From the sequence record SRR2962707_1778: DNA of 56,268 nt; one strand, 5' to 3'. The notes under the pieces are model-generated. The model saw nothing but the letters and a program-made list of their open reading frames with translations. It searched no databases and was not told the origin of the DNA. A program made the position numbers and the translations under genes. Positions 49,684 through 56,268 of this stretch are shown one piece after another; position 1 is the first letter of the stretch, and each line of letters begins with the position of its first letter.

Positions 49684-49739
49684 GTATTTCTCCAATAGAG
49701 CCATACTGCAAATGTCTGCAGTATGGCTTCTTTGTTTGA

Positions 49740-50777
49740 CTAGTTGTGAGCGTGTAGTGCTTCGTTCAATGCAATGGCCGTTTTATTGGTTTTGCATTCA
49801 ATGGCGCCTGTTTCAGAGTTACGGCGGAACAGAAGGTCTGATTGGCCAGACAATTCACGGGCTTTTACGGTTGAAACAACTTGGTTGTTTTCATCGAGTA
49901 CAGCCACTTTAGAGCCTGCTGTGATGTACAAGCCAGACTCTACTGTGCAGCGATCACCAAGGCCGATACCGATACCAGCATTGGCGCCGATTAGACATTT
50001 CTCACCAACACCAATGACGATGTTGCCACCACCAGAAAGTGTGCCCATTGTAGAACAGCCACCACCAAGATCAGAACCATTGCCAACCACAACGCCTGCT
50101 GAGATGCGGCCTTCAACCATGCTTGAGCCTAATGTGCCAGCATTGAAGTTGACAAAGCCTTCGTGCATAACAGTCGTGCCTTCGCCTAGGTGTGCGCCTA
50201 GACGGATGCGAGCGCCATCGCCAACACGGATGCCTGTAGGAACAACAAAGTTCAGCATTTTAGGGAACTTGTCCACGCTGAATACTTCGATGGTGCGACC
50301 TTGCATGCGAGCGCTTAGCTGGCGGTCCGCCAGTTCGCGTACATCGATAGGGCCTTCGCTTGTCCATGCCGTATTGATTAGCAGGCCGAACATGCCATCT
50401 AACACAACGGAATGAGGCTGTGCTAGGCGGTGGGAGATCAGTTGCAGCTTAAGGTAAGCTTCGGCTGGGTTAGTTGGGGCTTCATTGGTAGCAAGAACAC
50501 ACAGCACAACAGGTTGTGTTGACGCCTTTAGGCGAGAGGCCAATTCGGCTTGTTCTATGTTGCCAGCCTTCAGTAGGCTCATGTGAAGACGGTTAAGGTC
50601 GCCTTCTTCTAATACTAGCGTGCTGTTGCCGCCTTCGTAGTTGGTGCTTTCTAGTAGCGCATCAAGTGTGCTTTGTTCAACATTGATGCTTGGCGCAGAG
50701 TAGAAAACTTCTAGCCAGTTGCCTTCTTTGTTTTGGGTGCCGATGCCAAGGCCGAATGCGAAAATTTGATCACTCAT
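49740..50777 (-). CDS. dapD: Tetrahydrodipicolinate N-succinyltransferase (Pseudomonas-type)
   Basis: VDKFPKM, GTTVMHEGFVNFNAGT, hexapeptide repeats, LNEALHAHN end. Confidence 0.96.
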   Translation of the reverse strand: MSDQIFAFGLGIGTQNKEGNWLEVFYSAPSINVEQSTLDALLESTNYEGGNSTLVLEEGDLNRLHMSLLKAGNIEQAELASRLKASTQPVVLCVLATNEAPTNPAEAYLKLQLISHRLAQPHSVVLDGMFGLLINTAWTSEGPIDVRELADRQLSARMQGRTIEVFSVDKFPKMLNFVVPTGIRVGDGARIRLGAHLGEGTTVMHEGFVNFNAGTLGSSMVEGRISAGVVVGNGSDLGGGCSTMGTLSGGGNIVIGVGEKCLIGANAGIGIGLGDRCTVESGLYITAGSKVAVLDENNQVVSTVKARELSGQSDLLFRRNSETGAIECKTNKTAIALNEALHAHN

Positions 50778-50805
50778 TATGTTCTCCAGTGAGTTTTTAA
50801 GGGGG

Positions 50806-52008
50806 TTACTTGTTCGTTAATTTGTTGGTTGTTAAAAAGTCGCGGATGCGTTTAGCGGCTTCAACACACTGTGATTCTTCTGCAACGAGTGCCATACGTA
50901 CGTGTTTGCTGCCAGGATTTTTGCCATCGACTTCGCGGCCAAGGTAGCTGCCTGGTAGGACCAGTACGGAGGCTTGCTCGTACAGAGCAATACAAAAAGC
51001 TTCATCATCCATGTCCAATTCTGGCCATAGATAGAAGCCAGCTTCAGGTTTGCTGACCTTCATTACTGGGCTTAATATATCGAGCACACTGTTGAATTTT
51101 CGAGTGTAGATCTCGCGATTTTGAGCGACATGTTGTTCATCGTTCCAAGCGGTAATAGACGCTTCTTGGTGATGAATAGGCATCGCACAGCCTTGGTAAG
51201 TTCTGTACAGCAAAAAAGGCTTAAGTAGGTTGGCGTCGCCAGCGACAAAGCCTGAGCGCAGGCCGGGTAAATTAGAGCGCTTCGATAAGGATTGAAAAAT
51301 CAGGCAATGTTCGTAGGAGGTGTTGCCCAGTTGTTGGCAGGCTTCTAGTAATCCTAATGGTGCTTTATCGTCAAAATAGATTTCTGAGTAGCATTCATCT
51401 GCCACTATCGTGAAATTAAACGCTTTGGCTTTTGCGATAAGGTAGGCGTAATCCTCTAAGGTGGTGATGCTGCCGCTTGGGTTATTAGGGGAGCAAACAA
51501 AGAGCAGTTCGCAGCGTGCCCAGATCTCATCACTGACACTTTGGTAGTCGATTTTATAGGCGGTGTCAGGTCCACAAGGTAAGAAATGCAATTCTGCACC
51601 AGCCAGTATGCCGGCCCCTTCGTAGATTTGATAAAACGGATTGGGGCTTACTACGAGCGGATTGCTTTTTTCGCCGACCAATGTCTGTGTGATAGCAAAC
51701 AGGGCTTCACGAGTGCCTGTAACCGGTAGAATTTGGCTTTCTGGATCAAGCGAGTCCAGATGAAAGCGCGTTTTTGTCCATTTTGAAATGGCGCTGCGTA
51801 ACGCCAGCTCCCCTTTGGTGCTTGGGTATTTATTCACACCATTAAGCGAGTTGGCCAATGTGTCCAGTACGATCTGTGGAGAGTCGTGTTGCGGCTCCCC
51901 AATCGTAAGGCGGATCAGAGGTTTGTCTGGATTAGGTGTGTGTCCTTCTAATAACTCGGAGAGCTTTTGGAAAGGATACGGGTGCAAGGAATCTATAAAG
52001 GGGTTCAT
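50806..52008 (-). CDS. dapC: Succinyldiaminopimelate aminotransferase
   Basis: PYPFQKL, GTREALFA, PNPFYQIYEGA, DECYSEIY, SLSKRSNLPGLRSG; start MNP at 52008. Confidence 0.95.
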   Translation of the reverse strand: MNPFIDSLHPYPFQKLSELLEGHTPNPDKPLIRLTIGEPQHDSPQIVLDTLANSLNGVNKYPSTKGELALRSAISKWTKTRFHLDSLDPESQILPVTGTREALFAITQTLVGEKSNPLVVSPNPFYQIYEGAGILAGAELHFLPCGPDTAYKIDYQSVSDEIWARCELLFVCSPNNPSGSITTLEDYAYLIAKAKAFNFTIVADECYSEIYFDDKAPLGLLEACQQLGNTSYEHCLIFQSLSKRSNLPGLRSGFVAGDANLLKPFLLYRTYQGCAMPIHHQEASITAWNDEQHVAQNREIYTRKFNSVLDILSPVMKVSKPEAGFYLWPELDMDDEAFCIALYEQASVLVLPGSYLGREVDGKNPGSKHVRMALVAEESQCVEAAKRIRDFLTTNKLTNK

Positions 52009-52015
52009 AGGGTGG

Positions 52016-54709
52016 TTAATCCATGGCTTGTGAAAAGCGGTCAATTTTTTCTTTTAAAAGATCGCAAATAGAGCGCATTCGATCTATGTCGGTAATGAGC
52101 TCACCATCTTCTTCTGTAATGTAAAAGGTGTCTTCTACGCGCTCACCTAACGTGGCGACTTTGGCTTTGTGTAGCATGATTTTATTGTTCACGAAGAACT
52201 GCCCGATCAGTGCTAAGAGTCCTGGGCGATCTGGTGCCGTTACCTCAAGAGCAGACCAAACTTCTTCAGGTTGGCTGACAAAATGCGCGGTAGCGGGTGA
52301 GTTAAATATTTTCAGAATACGTGGCGTGTAGCGTTGCACTAGGCTCTCGTATAAAGACGGGTTGTTGAGTTGCTCCGTCAAGGTCTCACGTATCACTGAA
52401 ATTCTTTCTTGGTCGAGGTGCAGGCTGGTTTCGTTTTCATTGACGTCCATGACAACGAAGGTGTCGAGTGTGTAGTTGTCTGTGGTGTTGCTGATTTTGG
52501 CGTCGAGAATGGTTAAGCCTAGCTGTTCGAAGATGGCCGCTGTCACAGCAAATAAGTGACGACTGTTCGGGGTATAAATGAATACCTTGCTAGCACCAGA
52601 GAAATTGCGTCCTCCAAGTGGGCTGATCGCCACAAGAGGCTTGATGCTTGGGCGATGGCGTAGAATGGCTTCGGTGTTCCACGCAATTTCATCGCCATTG
52701 GAGCGAATAAAGTACTCTTCTTCGATCTTAGACCAGACTTCTTCTGCATCGGTAAAATCGACATTGCGCTCGATGAGGACTTCAAGAGCGCGCTGTTTGT
52801 GCTCATCGCTCTGCATGTCGGCGTCGATCGGGTAGTCTAGTCCGCGGCGTAATGCGCGTTTTGTTTCTAGGTAAAGCTGTCTCATGAGCGAGGCGCGCCA
52901 GCTGTTCCACATGGTGGGGTTGGTGGCATTGATGTCGGCGACGGTCAGGATAAACAGGTAATCTAGATGCTCCTGATCTTTGACGTAGCTGGCAAATTCC
53001 CAAATCACTTCTGGGTCTGAAATGTCTTTTCGCTGTGCCGTAACAGACATGAAAAGGTGGTTTCTGACTAGCCAGACAATCAGTGCGGTGTCTCTCTTCG
53101 AAAGCCCGTGGCGTTCGCAAAATGCCTGAGCGTCGACGCAGCCAAGCTCGGAGTGATCGCCGCCACGACCTTTTGCTATGTCATGATAAAGGCCGGCGAT
53201 ATAGAGTAATTCCACCTTGGGTAGGTGGCGAATGGCTTGTGCTGAAATAGGGAATTTCTGTTTGAATTCTGGCAACCAGAGGCGGCGAAGGTTTTCGACT
53301 AAATGCAGTGTGTGAGCATCTACTGTGTAGATGTGAAAGAGGTCGTGTTGCATCTGGCCAATGATGGCGCCGAATTCAGGTAAATAACGCCCTAATAAAC
53401 CTATGTGTTTCATCGATCGCAGTATGCTGGTGAGGCGATATCGACTGGCGATGATGTCTAAAAATAAGTCGGTGTTTTTGCTGTCGTTACGAAAGGCGTC
53501 GTCTACCAAATCTAGGCTGTCGCGCAGTTGGCGCATGGTGTTGGCGCGGATGCCTTTGATGTTTTCATTGTTGCCGCGCAGGACGTAAAGCTCCAGCATG
53601 GCGGAGGGGTTGTCTTGAAACAAGGTAGGGGATCTTGCTTCTAGCTGGCCATTACAGGATTGGAAGCGCTCGTTCAGTATTTCGATTGAGTCGTTAGCGT
53701 CGGCCAGTAAAAACGATTCCTCGAAGTGTTGCAGAAGAAGGTCGTTCAATTGCTGAATGGCGGCCACGCTTTGGTAATAGCCTTGCATAAAGCGTTCGAC
53801 GTTTCGCTTTAAATCATCGTCGTCAAAGCCAAATACCTTGGTCAAGGTGCGCTGGTGATCAAAAAGTAGTCGATCCTCTTTGCGCCCTGAAATCATGTGC
53901 AAGGCCCAGCGAATACGCCAAAGGTTTCCCACTGCGCCTTTTAGTTGGATGTATTCGTCTTCGGATAAAAAGGATTTGTCGATTAAGGCGCTTAGTCTGT
54001 GGGTGTGCAGGTGGCGCTTTGCGACCCAGTCAATCACCTGCATGTCGCGCAATCCGCCTGGGCATTCTTTTAGATTGGGTTCTAAGTTGTAGGCGGTGTT
54101 CTGGTATTTTGCGTGACGGCGTTTTTGCTCTTCCAATTTGGCTTTGTAAAAGGTGTGACCATCCCACATGTGAGTGGTGTCGGTATTCAGCTTTAGGTTG
54201 GCGAGCAGGTCTTCAGAGCCATACAGGGTTCTGGATTCGATTAGGTTGGTGATGACGGTAATGTCTTGTGCGGCCATCTCTATGCATTCGCTGATGGTGC
54301 GAACGCTGTGTCCCACGTCGATATTGATATCCCACAAAAGAGTGATAAAGGCTTCGATTTTATCTTTCTGTGGGGTGGCCTCGTCTTTGACCAGAATAAG
54401 TAGGTCTATGTCGGATTTTGGGTGCAACTCGCTGCGCCCAAAACCACCAACGGCCACTAAGCTTACGGACTCTTCTTGGTCTAAGCCCTTGGCAATCCAA
54501 GCGGATTGTAAGGCTTCGTCATAGACTGAAGACAACCCTTTAACGAGTTTCTCTATAGGGTACAGAGAGTGAAAAAGGTTGTCATAGGCTGCCGTTTTCT
54601 CTTCCAAAATGGCTTTGTAGCGCTGTATTGAACAAGATGGCTGTGCCAACTCGTGTTTTTCATCTTGTGTTAATAACGGCGGAGCATCTGGAAAAGCAGG
54701 AAAATCCAT
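52016..54709 (-). CDS. glnD: PII uridylyltransferase / uridylyl-removing enzyme
   Basis: AVGGFGR..SDIDLL, EPNLKECPGGLRD, HIYTVDAH, YHDIAKGRGGDHS, two ACT domains. Confidence 0.98.
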   Translation of the reverse strand: MDFPAFPDAPPLLTQDEKHELAQPSCSIQRYKAILEEKTAAYDNLFHSLYPIEKLVKGLSSVYDEALQSAWIAKGLDQEESVSLVAVGGFGRSELHPKSDIDLLILVKDEATPQKDKIEAFITLLWDINIDVGHSVRTISECIEMAAQDITVITNLIESRTLYGSEDLLANLKLNTDTTHMWDGHTFYKAKLEEQKRRHAKYQNTAYNLEPNLKECPGGLRDMQVIDWVAKRHLHTHRLSALIDKSFLSEDEYIQLKGAVGNLWRIRWALHMISGRKEDRLLFDHQRTLTKVFGFDDDDLKRNVERFMQGYYQSVAAIQQLNDLLLQHFEESFLLADANDSIEILNERFQSCNGQLEARSPTLFQDNPSAMLELYVLRGNNENIKGIRANTMRQLRDSLDLVDDAFRNDSKNTDLFLDIIASRYRLTSILRSMKHIGLLGRYLPEFGAIIGQMQHDLFHIYTVDAHTLHLVENLRRLWLPEFKQKFPISAQAIRHLPKVELLYIAGLYHDIAKGRGGDHSELGCVDAQAFCERHGLSKRDTALIVWLVRNHLFMSVTAQRKDISDPEVIWEFASYVKDQEHLDYLFILTVADINATNPTMWNSWRASLMRQLYLETKRALRRGLDYPIDADMQSDEHKQRALEVLIERNVDFTDAEEVWSKIEEEYFIRSNGDEIAWNTEAILRHRPSIKPLVAISPLGGRNFSGASKVFIYTPNSRHLFAVTAAIFEQLGLTILDAKISNTTDNYTLDTFVVMDVNENETSLHLDQERISVIRETLTEQLNNPSLYESLVQRYTPRILKIFNSPATAHFVSQPEEVWSALEVTAPDRPGLLALIGQFFVNNKIMLHKAKVATLGERVEDTFYITEEDGELITDIDRMRSICDLLKEKIDRFSQAMD

Positions 54710-54778
54710 ACAAAAGCCTCGAAACGTGGGTCAAGAAAATAGCTTAACGGTATTGGGTGGTTTGCGCGCGGCGCTTCT

Positions 54779-55636
54779 TTAAAAGAAGCGCGTTTCTTCT
54801 GGGCGTTTTGTCAGTACTTCCACCCCGGTCGCTGTGACCAGTAGGGTGTGTTCGTACTGAGCAGAAGGGCGGCCATCTTTGGTTTTGGCGATCCAGTTAT
54901 CAGGGCCTGTGTGCTTGACCTGTTTTTTGCCGGCATTGATCATTGGCTCTATGGTAAAGGTCATGCCTTCTTCTAGGATGACTCCAGTTCCTGGGGTGCC
55001 GTAATGCGCTACTTGAGGTTCGCCGTGGAAAGTGGTGCCAACGCCATGTCCGCAATACTCTTCAACAACAGAGTAATGGTGTTTGTGAGCGTAGGAAGCA
55101 ATAGCGGCACCTATGTCGCCAAGGCGAGTGCCGGGTTTCACCATGTCGATAGCAAGGTAGAGGCTTTCTTGAGTGACTTTGCAAAGGCGCTCAATGTGTG
55201 GCGCTGCCTCACCAGCAAAAAACATACGACTGGTGTCGCCATAGTAGCCATCTTTAATGATGGTGATGTCGATGTTTACCGCGTCGCCTTTTTTAAGTGC
55301 TTTGTCGTTCGGAATGCCGTGACAAATAACATCGTTGACTGAGGTGCAGCAAGATTTAGGGAAACCGTGGTAATTCAATGGTGCTGGGATCGCGCCTTGA
55401 ACGTCAACAATGTAGTTGTGAGCAATGATGTCGAGTTGCTCAGTAGAGACGCCAGGTACAACAAATTCTTCAAGCATTATTAGTACGTCTGCGGCCAGTT
55501 TCCCTGCCGTTCGCATACCTTCAATGTCACTGATGTCAGTGAAACGTGTGGCCGCGGTTCTCGGTGTCCATGTTGGGACGTCGCTGCGACCATTTTTTGT
55601 TAGTGCTTCTACTTTTCTTAAAATGTCGTTGCTCAT
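54779..55636 (-). CDS. map: Methionine aminopeptidase type I
   Basis: CHGIP, NIDIT, GDTSR, CGHGVG, FTIEPMIN, SAQYEHT. Confidence 0.97.
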   Translation of the reverse strand: MSNDILRKVEALTKNGRSDVPTWTPRTAATRFTDISDIEGMRTAGKLAADVLIMLEEFVVPGVSTEQLDIIAHNYIVDVQGAIPAPLNYHGFPKSCCTSVNDVICHGIPNDKALKKGDAVNIDITIIKDGYYGDTSRMFFAGEAAPHIERLCKVTQESLYLAIDMVKPGTRLGDIGAAIASYAHKHHYSVVEEYCGHGVGTTFHGEPQVAHYGTPGTGVILEEGMTFTIEPMINAGKKQVKHTGPDNWIAKTKDGRPSAQYEHTLLVTATGVEVLTKRPEETRFF

Positions 55637-55780
55637 AATAAATGTCTTTCAATATTTGATGTATTAAATTTGTCGCTATTCTACATGACTTGTAAAGGAG
55701 AATCGCCCCTTTAGCAGTGAAAAAAGCGTGGAGACTCTGTCGGCAAAAACGCCACCTAGGTCTTTTGGTTTATTCTAAAA

Positions 55781-55791
55781 TATGGTATAAA
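55781..55791 (+). promoter_or_regulatory. Extended -10 promoter of rpsB
   Basis: TATGGTATAAA followed by a GC-rich discriminator, like the gammaproteobacterial rpsB promoter TGTGGTATAAA. Confidence 0.7.
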
Positions 55792-55844
55792 TCGCCGGCT
55801 TGTTGTGCCTTTGGCTCAAACGCAAGCAAAACCAATATTAAACT

Positions 55845-55945
55845 AACGATCTTACCACGTTAAGTGGGTGTGTCTGGGGTGCCAATGGTTGCTTTAAACC
55901 TTGTCTGGCTGACGCGCTTGGTTGGTAAGCTTAAATAACCCAAAT
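55845..55945 (+). ncRNA. rpsB (S2) autoregulatory leader, t44-like
   Basis: GGGGTGCC and TAACCC motifs; stems CTTACCA/TGGTAAG and GGGTGTGTC/GACGCGCTT; boundaries approximate. Confidence 0.7.
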
Positions 55946-55959
55946 TAAAGGATAGTAAA

Positions 55960-56268
55960 ATGCCTACAGTTTCTATGCGCGACCTATTACAGGTTGGTTC
56001 ACACTTTGGTCACCAAACTCGTTACTGGAACCCAAAAATGAAGCCTTTCATTTTTGGTGCTCGTAACAAGATCCATATCATTAACCTTGAGCACACTGTT
56101 CCTGCTCTTAACGAAGCTCTAGAGCTTGTTAAGAAAATGGCTGAGAACAAAAACAAGGTTTTGTTTGTTGGTACTAAACGTGCTGCATCTAAAACGATCA
56201 AAGAACAAGCTGCTCGTTCTGGTATGCCATACGTAAACCACCGTTGGTTAGGTGGTATGTTGACTAAC
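55960..56268 (+). CDS. rpsB: 30S ribosomal protein S2 (5' part, runs off the window)
   Basis: Translated by hand: [27 protein letters not shown]...FVGTKR...RWLGGMLT. Confidence 0.98.
   Translation, partial: MPTVSMRDLLQVGSHFGHQTRYWNPKMKPFIFGARNKIHIINLEHTVPALNEALELVKKMAENKNKVLFVGTKRAASKTIKEQAARSGMPYVNHRWLGGMLTN

Noticed and set aside
49774-50415. 213-aa plus-strand ORF opposite dapD
   Set aside because: In-register antisense shadow of a Gly-rich gene, with no RBS or domain features
55004-55342. 112-aa ORF antisense to map, and the similar 60-140 aa ORFs inside other genes
   Set aside because: Fully nested in conserved genes, with no independent coding signal

Overview
Chromosomal backbone of a marine gammaproteobacterium (mid-40s % GC by eye). 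Gene content and order suggest Oceanospirillales, probably Marinomonas; this is an inference, not a database match. The left ~25 kb is mixed: a divergent PRPP-synthetase-like gene; a RamB/ScfR-type regulator divergent from glcB-aceA (glyoxylate shunt); a cluster of poorly characterised exported proteins (a YxGGDHRGGG-repeat lipoprotein, a Pho-box-preceded phytase-like lipoprotein, a 42-aa His/Gly lipoprotein, a DUF2057 protein); then yigM, ompW, a Rieske-grxB-modABC run, mrcB and divergent glgA/glgC. The right ~31 kb is housekeeping: riboflavin synthase, lepA-lepB-rnc-era-recO-acpS (no pdxJ), gacS/barA, cysM-rlmD-relA-mazG-ppc-adk-tsaB-rsmJ, slyX, a membrane-anchored cold-shock protein and tpx, map-glnD-dapC-dapD-yffB-dapE-panD, and the start of rpsB with its leader. 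I saw no mobile element, CRISPR array, tRNA/rRNA or defence system. Best leads: the triple YxGGDHRGGG lipoprotein and its neighbours, a DARS-like DnaA-box cluster between glgC and riboflavin synthase, a Cys-rich mini-lipoprotein apparently co-transcribed with gacS, and a 14-bp-periodic operator at the glyoxylate-shunt promoter. Family assignments come from motif recognition only, and novelty is unverified.
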